Below are positions 9,208-19,448 of a stretch of DNA of 64,000 nt, in pieces. The stretch covers positions 1,984,001-2,048,000 of the forward strand of contig CAXXLF010000002.1 of the NCBI GenBank assembly GCA_963664015.2, read 5' to 3'. The position numbers and the translations under genes are program-made. This stretch comes from Candidatus Binatia bacterium. GTDB taxonomy: Bacteria; Desulfobacterota; Binatia; UBA9968; CAXXLF01. The notes beneath the pieces are model-generated. The model had not been told where the DNA came from and searched no databases. It saw only the letters and a program-made list of their open reading frames with translations. Position 1 is the stretch's first letter; each line of letters opens with the position of its first letter.

Positions 9208-10230
9208 ATGAAATCTCGTTTGATGCCCATTGGACAAGGTCTATTTTTAATTGTGGCAATACTGTTCGTGTTCAATACGATCGCTTCGGCTGAGTCGGCC
9301 AGGTCGTTTTACAAGGGAAAGGAGATTACCATTCATATAGGCAGCTCTCCGGGGGGATCCGTGGATATCACGGCTCGGACGGTGGCTCAATCATTGGGGA
9401 AATACACGGGTGCTAACATCATTGCCACCAACGGACCGTTGGGTGGGGGCGGCCGGGCCACCATGAATTTTCTCGTCAAAAAAGCCAAACGTAACGGCCT
9501 GGCCCTCGGCTGGCATATCGGCGCCGCGGCGACCATCTATCAGATGTACGGCGTCGGAGTGGATTATGACCTCAGGACAATGGATTGGATCGGCGTGGTT
9601 ACGCCGTTGCGCAATACTCTGATAGTGAACGGAAAGAAGTTTAAGTCTATAGACGACATCAGAAAGGCCAAGACGTTCTTCTTGGGTGGGGGTGCAAGCC
9701 AATCGGTGGATAGCCAGCAGGGCATGGTGGGGTTAAACGCCCTGGGTGTTAATTATAAGTTGGTCACAGGTTATCGTGGAACAGGACAGATAAGGACGGC
9801 GGTACTCCGTGGAGAAATCGATGCATTTGCCCGCGATTACGCGGGATCAGAGGGCGAAATCAAAGCGGGGAACCTATTCGCCGCCGTTCACCTGGGTGCT
9901 GTCCGAGATCCAAGATTACCTGATGTCCCTACCATATTCGAGGTGGGGAATGTGAAAGGGGTTTATAAAAGTCTTCTGGTGGCGACCGGAAAGGCCGGTT
10001 ATTTTTTGATTGGTCCTCCGGGACTCCCCAAAGACCGGTTGAAATTTCTTCGGGATGCGCTGAAAAAGGTCGTGGAAGATCCCGAGTTCAATAATCGGGC
10101 GAAGCGTGTGGGATTCATTCCTACCTATATCGCTCCTGGGGAGGCTTTGCAGGTTGTTAGAAATCTCTTCAATTTGCCAAAGGAAGAACAAGAAAAGATC
10201 TTTGCTCTGGCAAAGAAGGCAGCAAAGTAA
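9208..10230 (+). CDS. tctC: Tripartite tricarboxylate transporter substrate-binding protein (TctC/Bug)
   Basis: Signal peptide, FYKGKEI..IGSSPGGSVD, GYRGTG, RDPRLPDVPT, PPGLP..R; AAGGAG upstream. Confidence 0.85.
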   Translation: MKSRLMPIGQGLFLIVAILFVFNTIASAESARSFYKGKEITIHIGSSPGGSVDITARTVAQSLGKYTGANIIATNGPLGGGGRATMNFLVKKAKRNGLALGWHIGAAATIYQMYGVGVDYDLRTMDWIGVVTPLRNTLIVNGKKFKSIDDIRKAKTFFLGGGASQSVDSQQGMVGLNALGVNYKLVTGYRGTGQIRTAVLRGEIDAFARDYAGSEGEIKAGNLFAAVHLGAVRDPRLPDVPTIFEVGNVKGVYKSLLVATGKAGYFLIGPPGLPKDRLKFLRDALKKVVEDPEFNNRAKRVGFIPTYIAPGEALQVVRNLFNLPKEEQEKIFALAKKAAK

Positions 10231-10350
10231 ACCCCGTAAACGGACTCACTTCCAAAACTTTGAGCCAATGTCCTCCGTGGAGTTATGGTCCGTGACTCCA
10301 CCGAGGGTCCCGCCACCCGGGAATAGAAGGAAGTTGAGGAAGGAAGTGTT

Positions 10351-11430
10351 ATGGCCATAGAAGTGGGGGCTCAATTCTGGCCTTGGGATTCCATTAAGAG
10401 CCTCGTGACCTACGGTAAAAAGGCCCTTCAGGAATACCCTTTTGACTTCATCTGGATGTGTGACGAATTCCAGTATGAAGACTGCAGTACCATCCTGGCC
10501 GCCATGGCCATGAACCTGGACGTATCGGTGGGTCCCATGGTGACATTCCCCTGGCGCAATCCTCTGGACTTGGCCCAGCGGTACGCCTCCATCGCAAAAT
10601 TGGCGCGTCCCGGGAGGGGAGTTTCCATCGGTCTTGGCGTGGGTGGAGCTGTCCAGGTGCAGGTGACCGCTGAAAAGCGTAATCCCGTGTCCGTGATGCG
10701 GGAAAGCGTTCAATTGATGCGGGGGCTCCTGGCGGGAGAGTCGGTCGAGCTGTCCCGTTTTCCGCAACTGGCAAACCGGTTTCGCTACAACACAAAGACC
10801 AGCGCACGTCTTTATTTCCCTCCCCCTGAGCGTGTTCCCGTCTACCTGGCTGCGGGGGGGCCCAAGATGTACGAGGTGGCCGGTGGACACGCCGACGGCG
10901 TGATCTACTCTCAACTGGTGGGTCGCACTTCGTTGCGTGGGGTTCAAAAGGGGCTGCTGAAGCAGGCGGTTGAGGCGGTGGACGCGGCGCGCAACCGGTC
11001 GGACGACGCCAATCGTCCCTTTAAGAAAATTTATAACATTCACATTTCTGTCTCGAGAGATGGAAAACGCGCCCTTGATTGGGCGAAAAGAAACAGCTCC
11101 TACGGATTGTCCGGGACCTCCATTCGATACCCGGAGGTACTGGACACCCTGGGACTCGATCGGAAAGAGGTCGGTTTTGTGGCTGAGGCCTATCTCCAAG
11201 GGCTTGGCGTGGATGAGGCGGCCAAGAGGGTGTCGGACGACCTGGTCAAAAAGGCCGGCTTTGTTATTGCCGGAACTCCGGAGGAATGCACCGAGCAATG
11301 CTTGGAGTTAAAGGGGCACCTGGCGGACTTGGATTTTGATCAGCTTGTGATAGGGGTCCCTCTGGGCCCGGAAATTCCCGAGGCCCTGCGCCTGTTGGGA
11401 AAAGAGGTCCTCCCCCATCTCTTCCCATAG
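10351..11430 (+). CDS. Luciferase-like (LLM) oxidoreductase, Mer/F420-dependent-like
   Basis: GPMVTFPWRNP, IGLGVGG, VPVYLAAGGPKM..VAG..ADG, AGTPEEC, GVPLGP. Confidence 0.85.
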   Translation: MAIEVGAQFWPWDSIKSLVTYGKKALQEYPFDFIWMCDEFQYEDCSTILAAMAMNLDVSVGPMVTFPWRNPLDLAQRYASIAKLARPGRGVSIGLGVGGAVQVQVTAEKRNPVSVMRESVQLMRGLLAGESVELSRFPQLANRFRYNTKTSARLYFPPPERVPVYLAAGGPKMYEVAGGHADGVIYSQLVGRTSLRGVQKGLLKQAVEAVDAARNRSDDANRPFKKIYNIHISVSRDGKRALDWAKRNSSYGLSGTSIRYPEVLDTLGLDRKEVGFVAEAYLQGLGVDEAAKRVSDDLVKKAGFVIAGTPEECTEQCLELKGHLADLDFDQLVIGVPLGPEIPEALRLLGKEVLPHLFP

Positions 11431-11484
11431 GCGGGACCCAGCAGGGAGGGCCTTCCGCGACATGGGGTTGCATTAGGAACATAT

Positions 11485-12561
11485 ATGGAAATCGGACTTC
11501 ACCTGTGGCCCTGGCATTCCATAAAGGAGTTGATGGACTATGCCCAAGCGGCGCGCCGAGAGTACCACTTTGATCATATCTGGCTTGTGGATGCCATGCA
11601 GTACGAGGATGCCTTTACGGCCCTGACGGCCATGGCCATGAACATCGATGCCTCTTTGGGCACTATGGTGACCTTCCCGAGAAGGAATCCCATGGAGCTG
11701 GCCCAGAGGTTTTCCAGTATCTCCCACCTCATGCCCGAGGGACGGCAGGTGGTTGCCGGCCTGGGATCCGGTGGACGACTCCAGGAATCAGTCTTGGCCG
11801 AGGGGACAAGCCCGGAAAAGGTTTCGGTGGTAAAAGAAACCGTCTCCTTTCTGCGCCAGCTATTCGCCGGACAGAGCGTGGAATTGGGCCAATTCCCTCT
11901 ACTGGCCTCCCGCTTCAACTACAACCTGGATGCAAAGGCCCGGCTCTATTTCCCCCCACAGGGATTGTTGCCCGTCTATCTTGCCGCCGGTGGGCCCAGG
12001 ATGTTTCAACTTGCCGCCCAGGAAGCCGATGGGGTTATCTTGACCCAGATCAATCCGTGGACATCGCTGGCGGGTATGCGCGCTGGACGATTCCGGCAGG
12101 CGATCGACACGATCGAGTCGACGCTGAAGGCTTCCGGAGGCGGACGCCGCATCAAGAGGATATACTCGGCCAAGATATCAGTGTCTCAGGACGGCCAAGC
12201 AGCAAAACAGTGGGCCAAAAGGCAGATATCCTACGGAGCCGCCACCTATCCGAAAGCCCTGAAGGAGTTGGGCTGTGATGCTGACGAGATCGAGAGTATT
12301 CGATTGGCCTATGTCCAGGGTCTGGGCATAGAAGAAGCGTCGGGCCGCGTTTCCGATCGATTGGCCGGGCAACTCGGGTTTGTCACGGCGGGCACGCCGG
12401 AGGAATGCATTGCCGGCTATGAAGAGATTTTAGACCACCTTGAAGGGTTGGGATTCGATCACCTGGTCATGGGGGTTCCCCTTGGCCCCAACGTGACCGA
12501 GGCGTTAAAGCTCATTACGAAAAAGATCCTTCCCGCTCTCAAAAGTCGGTTGGCAAGATAG
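11485..12561 (+). CDS. Second LLM oxidoreductase, paralogue of the preceding gene
   Basis: Colinear motifs WPW.SIK.L, QYED, MVTFP.RNP, ARLYFPP, PVYLAAGGP.M, AGTPEEC, GVPLGP. Confidence 0.85.
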   Translation: MEIGLHLWPWHSIKELMDYAQAARREYHFDHIWLVDAMQYEDAFTALTAMAMNIDASLGTMVTFPRRNPMELAQRFSSISHLMPEGRQVVAGLGSGGRLQESVLAEGTSPEKVSVVKETVSFLRQLFAGQSVELGQFPLLASRFNYNLDAKARLYFPPQGLLPVYLAAGGPRMFQLAAQEADGVILTQINPWTSLAGMRAGRFRQAIDTIESTLKASGGGRRIKRIYSAKISVSQDGQAAKQWAKRQISYGAATYPKALKELGCDADEIESIRLAYVQGLGIEEASGRVSDRLAGQLGFVTAGTPEECIAGYEEILDHLEGLGFDHLVMGVPLGPNVTEALKLITKKILPALKSRLAR

Positions 12562-12783
12562 GCTAGTTAGGCTAGGAAAGGCGAAGAGGGTAACCGAATG
12601 AAAATTGAGTATTCTGCCCTCGATACCAATGCAGTGGATTCCTATCGGGGCCAGCTCAAGGGGTTGCGGATTTTTCCTGTACCGGTTTGACCGCCCGCTC
12701 GACGAACCCATCATCAACATAATAATTTTCATAATCTTGGCGACGGATAAATTAGGGAATATTTAGGAGAAGGTGTAGCAAAA

Positions 12784-14880
12784 ATGGCTTTTGTGATCGG
12801 CCTGGATGTGGGTGGGACTTTTACCGATTGCGTGGTGGTTACCGACCAGGGGGAAATGTTTGTGGATAAGGCCTTTACCACTCCACAGAACACGGCCCTG
12901 GGCATGATCCAAGCGATCGAAAATGCGTCCCGGTCTATGGGGATGCCCGTTGAACAGCTCCTTCCCGAGACTGTGACCTTGGCCTTGGGGACAACCACGC
13001 TGACCAATCTACTCATTACCCGACGAGGTGCTAAAGCCGGGCTCTTGACGACCAAGGGGTTCGAGGACACCACCCTGATCGGTCGCGTTCTTGCAAAAAC
13101 AGAAGGACTCCCCGATAACGAGAAATTGGATATTCTGGCCTGGGGCAAACCGACACCTATGGCGTCACGCCCCTTTATTAAGGGAGTAACGGAGCGCGTC
13201 GATTATAAAGGTTCCGTTGTCGTACCTCTTGATGAAGCTGAGGTCCGACGGGTAGCCGCCGAATTGATAAAGCAGGGAGTTGAGACCATCGCCGTCTGCT
13301 TTTTGTGGTCCTTTATGAATTCGAATCATGAGCGGCGCGTGAAGCAAATCCTCAACGAGACCTACCCTCGTTTGTTTGTGACGTTGAGCAGCGAAGTCGC
13401 TCCCGTTCTTGGGGAATATGAACGTGCGCTCACGACGCTTATGAACGCCCACCTGGGGCCGGCGGCGGCCCGTGAAATTCATGGCATGCAGGAGGTCTTT
13501 GCCGAGAAGGGATTTAAGCGCCATTTTCTCGTCATGCAATCCAATGGAGGTGTGATCTGGGACGAGGAAGTCCCCAAGTGGCCGGTGAATATCTTGGCTT
13601 CCGGTCCTGTGGGAGGCGTCAATGAATCTGCTTCTATAGGGAAATTGCTTGGCCATTCTAATGTCATTGCTACGGATATGGGCGGGACCAGTTTCGATGT
13701 GGGTATCGTTGTCGGTGGTCGTCCGCATCTGGTGCATACGGCTATCTACGATCGCTTCCGGACCTTCGTGCCCACTGTCGAGGTGGTCTCCATTGGTGCT
13801 GGGGGTGGTAGCATTGCCACCATCGATCCGCTAACCAAGAGGCTTCTGGTGGGGCCCGGTAGCGCAGGGTCGGATCCCGGGCCCGTTTGTTATCAACGCG
13901 GAGGAACGGAGCCGACGGTGACCGATGCCGACGTCGTCCTGAATCGGGTTTCGCCCGAAAGCTTTCATGGTGGAAGACACACCCTTAACCGAGAAGCGGC
14001 ACAGAAGGCGATTGAGGAACGAATTGCGAAACCCCTCGGTTACGACACTTTTCGTGCGGCAAAGGGGATTCTCGACATCGTCGATGCGCGCATGGCCGAT
14101 CTTATTCGCAAGCTGACCGTCGAGCGAGGTTTGGATCCGCGCGACTTTGTTATGTTTGCCTATGGAGGGGCAGGGCCGGTGCACGTGGGTGCCTATGGCC
14201 GGGAGATCGGACTCAAGCAGGCAATAGTCAGTCCCTACGCCCCCGTCTTTTCCGCCCTGGGGATTGCCTCTTCTGACATGGCCCGTCACTACAGCCGGTC
14301 CGAGCCCATGCAACAGCCCTTTGATCCAGGGCAGATGACGCGGGTCTTTACCGAACTGGAAGGTCGGGCCAGGGACGACCTGCTTCAGAGCCGGGTGGAG
14401 ATGGACCAGGGGGTGACGCTCAACCGGTTCGTCGACATGCGCTTTCGCTACCAGGTCCACGAAATTCGGGTGCCCATATCAGCCGAGTCAGCTGAAGTCT
14501 CATCCTCCCAAGGCATCAGCGCCCTGGTGGAGGACTTCATTGCCCTTTATGAACAGACCTTCGGTCAAGGTACGGCTCTCAGAGAGGCTGGGGTTGAAGT
14601 TCTTACCTTCCACGTTGTTTCCATCGTCAAGGCCAAGGCCGCTGCCTTAAAAAAATATCCAGAGGGTGGCTCTGACCCCGGCCACGCCCTGAAGGGGGCT
14701 CGATCCGTATTCTGGGACGATGCCTTTATGGATACCCCGATCTTTGATCAGGGTCGCCTCGCCGCAGGCAACCAAATCAACGGGCCCGCGGTAATAGAGG
14801 CTCCCAATACGAATATTCTTATCCATCCCGAGCAGCGGGCCCGGTTGGATCCCTACTTAAACGTGGTGATCGATTTGTGA
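12784..14880 (+). CDS. Hydantoinase A/oxoprolinase family ATP-binding subunit
   Basis: GLDVGGTFTD, SGPVGG, DMGGTSFD, IGAGGGSIA, GPGSAGSDPGP, PTVTDA, YGGAGP. Confidence 0.92.
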   Translation: MAFVIGLDVGGTFTDCVVVTDQGEMFVDKAFTTPQNTALGMIQAIENASRSMGMPVEQLLPETVTLALGTTTLTNLLITRRGAKAGLLTTKGFEDTTLIGRVLAKTEGLPDNEKLDILAWGKPTPMASRPFIKGVTERVDYKGSVVVPLDEAEVRRVAAELIKQGVETIAVCFLWSFMNSNHERRVKQILNETYPRLFVTLSSEVAPVLGEYERALTTLMNAHLGPAAAREIHGMQEVFAEKGFKRHFLVMQSNGGVIWDEEVPKWPVNILASGPVGGVNESASIGKLLGHSNVIATDMGGTSFDVGIVVGGRPHLVHTAIYDRFRTFVPTVEVVSIGAGGGSIATIDPLTKRLLVGPGSAGSDPGPVCYQRGGTEPTVTDADVVLNRVSPESFHGGRHTLNREAAQKAIEERIAKPLGYDTFRAAKGILDIVDARMADLIRKLTVERGLDPRDFVMFAYGGAGPVHVGAYGREIGLKQAIVSPYAPVFSALGIASSDMARHYSRSEPMQQPFDPGQMTRVFTELEGRARDDLLQSRVEMDQGVTLNRFVDMRFRYQVHEIRVPISAESAEVSSSQGISALVEDFIALYEQTFGQGTALREAGVEVLTFHVVSIVKAKAAALKKYPEGGSDPGHALKGARSVFWDDAFMDTPIFDQGRLAAGNQINGPAVIEAPNTNILIHPEQRARLDPYLNVVIDL

Positions 14881-14902
14881 TGATTTAGATGAAGGGAGGG
14901 AA

Positions 14903-17062
14903 ACGGCCATCGACCCGATAACCTTTGAAATTCTCCGACACCGCTTCACCACTCTAGTGGAGGAGGGGGCGCTCGTTTTGAAAAACGTTTCAGGCTCGCC
15001 GAGCGTTGCCCATTCCCACGACTGCAATGTCGCTCTCCTGACCCACGAAGGGGAGGGGGTTGTAATCGGTCCCAATATCGTGTCACACGCCCTTTCGTGT
15101 ATGCATACCGCTCGTTACGTACTTCAGGAATACGGTGAAAATCCTGGAATTAAAAAGGGCGATATGTTTCTGAGCAATCACCCTTATATCAGTACTCCTC
15201 ATCAAACCTGTATCGCTCTGGTCGCGCCCATTTACTGGGAAGGTGATGTCGTAGCATGGTCGGGGGCCGGAATCCATGTGGCGGATATGGGGGGGCCGGT
15301 ACCCGGACAAGTCTCTGTCGGGGCCCAATCCATCTGGGAGGAACCCCAGCCCATTCCTCCCATAAAAATCGTAGAAGGAGGCATCCTTAGAAAAGACATT
15401 GAGCAGGAATACCTCATTCGTTCTCGAACCCGGATCCAAAACGCCATTGACCTGCGAGCTAAGATCGCTGCCAATAACACCATCAACAATCGTATCCTGG
15501 GTTTGATCGAGCGGTACGGGGTAGATACGGTCAAGACAGCGGCTGAGGAAGTAATTGAATTTTCCGAGCAGCGGCTGCGCGCCATCTTGAAGAAAATCCC
15601 CGACGGATCCTGGTCACACACGTCCTATCTGGATTATTTCGATCAAGGACGCACGGACCTATACCTCTGTCGCCTGAAACTTACCAAACAGGGCGATAAG
15701 CTGCTCTTTGACTTTCGTGGCTCTTCTCCACAAGCCCCAGCGGTGATCAATGCGACTTTTACTGCCTTGCAGTCATCGGTGGTCCGTATGGTCATGGCCA
15801 TCTTTGGTTACAGCATCGGTTTGTGCCCCGGGGCTGTCTTGCGCTCGATAGAGATCGAAGCCGAGCCGGGGACTGTGGTCAACTGCTCCTGGCCGGCAGG
15901 GGTTTGTAAAGGAACGACCTCCGCTACCTACAGTATTATGGCCTCCACTGCCTCTTGTCTCAGCAGGATGCTGGCTTCGAGCGGTGATACCTCGGGGAGA
16001 ACCGTAGCCCCTTTCAAAGGTCATATGCATATGATGGAACTCATGGGAAAGGATCAACGGCATCACATCTTTGGCACTGTCTTTGTGGACGGTAGTTTGG
16101 CTCAGGGCAACGGTGCCATGAGCACAAAGGACGGAATCGACACGGGGGGCGGAATGGATCCGGCCGTTGGCATCCCTAATGTAGAGACCAATGAGTTTCG
16201 CTACCCCATGCTCTACCTTTATCGGCGCCAGCAGGCCGACACCGGTGGTCCGGGAAGGAATCGAGGTGGAGTCGGCCTGGCCGCGGCGTTTATTCCCTAT
16301 GGCGCCCAGGGTATCCCGAATGTGACCTTCCACGGCCATGGGTTGACCTGCCCGACAGCCTCCGGACTGTACGGCGGGTCCTATGGCGGTATGAATCACG
16401 TCGTAGTGAAGCGCCATTCCAATATCCTGAAGTTGTTTGAGCAGGGGACGCTACCTTCGGACATAGACGAGATTAGCGGTGAGGTCGAGGTGCCGGAACT
16501 GGTGAGCCGATCCTTTTTAAATGGCGATGATGTCTATCACGGCATTAGCTGTGGCGGAGGAGGTTACGGGGATCCCGCCGAGCGAGAGCCCAACCGGGTG
16601 CTTCAAGATATTCGCCACGGGTTAGTTTCTCGAGAATGGGCAGAAGAGATTTACGGGGTCGTCCCCGGGCCGGCGATGGAGGGCGTGGATGGTGAGGCTA
16701 CAGAAAATCGTCGCCGCGCCATAAGGGAGGAAAGAAAACGTCGATCCCGACCGCCAGAGAAAAAGTCCCGAATTCAGCAACCGTCACTTGCCAAAGAGCA
16801 AAGGACAGACTCGACCCGGGGCACCATGGCGCTAACCCTGGTCCCCCAGGGCGATAGTGACGCTTACCAGTGCCATTGCGGACAGATTCTATGTCGTGCC
16901 GATGAGGACTATACGCAGGTTTGTCCCTGGGCGGAACTGGGATGCGAGGAGACGGGTCCCTACCTCTCAAGTCCGGAATTTCGGGTTCGAGAGTATTATT
17001 GTCCCGGTTGTTTTTCTCTGTTGGAAGTAGAAATGGTCCAGAAGGAACCCTCTGGAAATTAG
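14903..17062 (+). CDS. Hydantoinase B/oxoprolinase family subunit with C-terminal acetone-carboxylase-gamma-like Cys4 domain
   Basis: IDPITFEILRHR begins upstream of the tracked GTG at 14957; H..D.GG, NVETNE..YP, DTGGPG..RGG, GGGGYGDP; tail CHCG...REYYCPGC; start codon unresolved. Confidence 0.88.
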   Translation, partial: TAIDPITFEILRHRFTTLVEEGALVLKNVSGSPSVAHSHDCNVALLTHEGEGVVIGPNIVSHALSCMHTARYVLQEYGENPGIKKGDMFLSNHPYISTPHQTCIALVAPIYWEGDVVAWSGAGIHVADMGGPVPGQVSVGAQSIWEEPQPIPPIKIVEGGILRKDIEQEYLIRSRTRIQNAIDLRAKIAANNTINNRILGLIERYGVDTVKTAAEEVIEFSEQRLRAILKKIPDGSWSHTSYLDYFDQGRTDLYLCRLKLTKQGDKLLFDFRGSSPQAPAVINATFTALQSSVVRMVMAIFGYSIGLCPGAVLRSIEIEAEPGTVVNCSWPAGVCKGTTSATYSIMASTASCLSRMLASSGDTSGRTVAPFKGHMHMMELMGKDQRHHIFGTVFVDGSLAQGNGAMSTKDGIDTGGGMDPAVGIPNVETNEFRYPMLYLYRRQQADTGGPGRNRGGVGLAAAFIPYGAQGIPNVTFHGHGLTCPTASGLYGGSYGGMNHVVVKRHSNILKLFEQGTLPSDIDEISGEVEVPELVSRSFLNGDDVYHGISCGGGGYGDPAEREPNRVLQDIRHGLVSREWAEEIYGVVPGPAMEGVDGEATENRRRAIREERKRRSRPPEKKSRIQQPSLAKEQRTDSTRGTMALTLVPQGDSDAYQCHCGQILCRADEDYTQVCPWAELGCEETGPYLSSPEFRVREYYCPGCFSLLEVEMVQKEPSGN

Positions 17063-17178
17063 CCAAATTAGCCTGGTTCGGAAAAATATCGCGAATGAAA
17101 ATTCGGGGAACGCATTGTCATCACAGCCTGGGAAAGAATTTTGAATCGGCGTTGACCGGTCACCGACTGCGGTAAGGT

Positions 17179-17206
17179 TTGACAGTCAATGAACGTTTCA
17201 TACGCT
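17179..17206 (+). promoter_or_regulatory. Putative sigma70 promoter of tctA overlapped by an imperfect palindrome
   Basis: TTGACA-16 nt-TACGCT; ATGAACGTTTCAT in the spacer may be a repressor operator. Confidence 0.4.
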
Positions 17207-17229
17207 TTAGTCACTGAATCGAGCAACCC

Positions 17230-18732
17230 ATGTTAGAAGCTGCCGCCACAGCCTTTCAAAACCTGATGGATCTGGAACGGATGGGTTTTCTCATCGCCGG
17301 CGTTCTCATGGGCTTGTCACTGGGGGCGATTCCCGGGCTCGGGGGGCTGGTCGGTCTGGCTATTCTTTTGCCGCTCACTTTCAATATGGATCAGTATGCC
17401 GCCTTTGCCATGATGATCGGTCTGACCTCCGTCGTCAGCAGCTCCGATACCATCCCCTCCGTTCTTTTCGCCGTGCCGGGAAGCGTGGCGTCCCAGGCGA
17501 CTATTTTGGACGGGCATCCCATGGCGAAGAATGGAGAGGCGGGTAGGGCCTTTGGAGCCGCCTATATGGCCTCCTTGATCGGAGGCCTGTTCGGGGCCTT
17601 GGTATTGACCCTGTCCATACCGATCCTTCGTCCCTTGGTCCTGGCCTTCGGGGCCCCCGAATTTTTTATGCTCGCCCTGTTGGGCCTTTCCATGGTTGCG
17701 GCCCTGAGCGGGCAAGAGCCGATCAAGGGAATCCTGGCCGCTGCCATGGGCCTGTGGTTCGGGGTTATTGGTATGAATCCCCAATCCAGCGAGCTGCGCT
17801 GGACTTTTGACTTGGTCTATCTGTTGGACGGGGTTCCTCTGATACCGCTGGGGCTTGGAATCTTTGCTATTCCTGAAATTATCGACCTTACGATCAAGGG
17901 GACTCGAATCGCCGATGTGCCTACGGGGGCCATCACGGGCGTCGGACAGGGGATCCGGGATGTCTTCAGGTCCTGGTTTCTGGTCCTCCGCTGTAGTGCA
18001 CTGGGTGTCTGGATCGGGTTTCTTCCCGGCTTGGGTGGTGCGCTGGTGGACTGGTTCGCCTACGGCCATGCCCTACAAACGGAAAAGGGGGCCAAGGAGA
18101 CCTTTGGCAAGGGCGACGTGCGCGGCGTGATTGCACCGGAGAGCGCCAACAACGCCAAGGAGGGCGGCGCCTTGATTCCAACCATTGCCTTCGGGGTTCC
18201 CGGGAGCGTCTCCATGGCCTTGCTCCTGGGGGCCTTTATGATCCATGGCCTGACTCCAGGGCCGGATATGTTAACCACCAACCTCGATGTAACCTTTACA
18301 CTGATCTGGAGCTTGGCCCTTGCCAATATATTTGGTACGGCAATACTGTTGCTCTTGACCAACCAGCTGGCGAAGCTGGCGACCGTCAGGATTCACATTC
18401 TTGCCCCCCTGGTGATCGTAGTGGTCTTCCTGGCTGTCTTCCAGTCCTCCGGCACTCTGGGGGATGTTGTGGCCCTTCTGTTCTTTACCACGCTGGGTTG
18501 GTTCATGAAGCGGTTCGGTTGGCCGAGGCCTCCTTTGGTTCTGGGCTTTGTCCTCAGCCCCATTGTCGAGAACAACCTGTACATTGCTATGCGCCGGTAT
18601 GATTTGGGTTGGCTCTTGCACCCAATGGTCCTGGTCATCGGCGCGGTGCTGGTGCTGAGCATGGCCTATAGCCTGGGCTTTTTAAAGCGAAAAGAACGGC
18701 TGGGAGGAGGGCAGTCTTTTGATGACATTTAA
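17230..18732 (+). CDS. tctA: Tripartite tricarboxylate transporter large membrane subunit
   Basis: GAIPGLG, DGHPMAKNGEAGRA, GVIAPESANNAKEGGALIPT, PLVLGFVL. Confidence 0.93.
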   Translation: MLEAAATAFQNLMDLERMGFLIAGVLMGLSLGAIPGLGGLVGLAILLPLTFNMDQYAAFAMMIGLTSVVSSSDTIPSVLFAVPGSVASQATILDGHPMAKNGEAGRAFGAAYMASLIGGLFGALVLTLSIPILRPLVLAFGAPEFFMLALLGLSMVAALSGQEPIKGILAAAMGLWFGVIGMNPQSSELRWTFDLVYLLDGVPLIPLGLGIFAIPEIIDLTIKGTRIADVPTGAITGVGQGIRDVFRSWFLVLRCSALGVWIGFLPGLGGALVDWFAYGHALQTEKGAKETFGKGDVRGVIAPESANNAKEGGALIPTIAFGVPGSVSMALLLGAFMIHGLTPGPDMLTTNLDVTFTLIWSLALANIFGTAILLLLTNQLAKLATVRIHILAPLVIVVVFLAVFQSSGTLGDVVALLFFTTLGWFMKRFGWPRPPLVLGFVLSPIVENNLYIAMRRYDLGWLLHPMVLVIGAVLVLSMAYSLGFLKRKERLGGGQSFDDI

Positions 18733-19213
18733 ATGGACGGCGATCCCCTCCCTTCTCGTTGTGGCTGTCTTTGGCCTGGGGCTCTATACGGCCAAGGACT
18801 GGACCGTTCAGGCCGGCCTTTTTCCTCTGGCCATCGGTATTCCCGCCCTTCTATTGGCGCTGTGCCAGTTGGTAAAGGATACCGTTCGGGGGAAGGGGGG
18901 AGCCCAATCCGGGGATACGGCTCGTCGCGCGGACCTGCCCGTGGATCGGGACGTACCCTTTTCCGAAGTGGTTAGCAGGGCGGGCCGGTCCTTCGCCTGG
19001 ATTTTCGGACTGGCCATTGCGATCTGGGCATTTAGCTTTACTATCGCGGTCCCTTTGTTTACCTTTCTGTACCTATATTTTCAGGCCCGTGAGGGATGGC
19101 GGGTGGTCGCGGCGATGACGCTGGGGCTAGGCGTTTTCCAGTATATCCTCTTTGATCGAATCATTCACACCAACTGGCCTGTGGGCGCCTTTCAGCAGTG
19201 GATAAATTTTTGA
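18719..19213 (+). CDS. tctB: Tripartite tricarboxylate transporter small membrane subunit
   Basis: Four to five TM helices, AGLFP, ..WP.G tail; overlaps tctA stop. Confidence 0.8.
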   Translation: MMTFKWTAIPSLLVVAVFGLGLYTAKDWTVQAGLFPLAIGIPALLLALCQLVKDTVRGKGGAQSGDTARRADLPVDRDVPFSEVVSRAGRSFAWIFGLAIAIWAFSFTIAVPLFTFLYLYFQAREGWRVVAAMTLGLGVFQYILFDRIIHTNWPVGAFQQWINF

Positions 19214-19448
19214 TCCAGGCACCATGCCAGGGAGATTTGAACCACGGGATTGTAATGGGCTCGTCCAGAATGGGTTTGGTATTCGGTCCCGGCCCTGGTA
19301 CGATCGCCCCATTAAGAAAATTGACAACCACCATTCCTCGATTTCCAAGGATGGCCGGGTTTGAAAATCATAAGCGACAATTAACGATGGACTCTTTGCT
19401 GGAAGAGATAACAAAAATGGTACTGACCTGGGAAGGGGGACGAGACAC

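Noticed and set aside
7052-11298. Long antisense ORFs (7052-8041, 10246-11298) and similar shadows elsewhere
   Set aside because: Mirror frames of well-supported genes in GC-rich DNA, with no recognisable motifs
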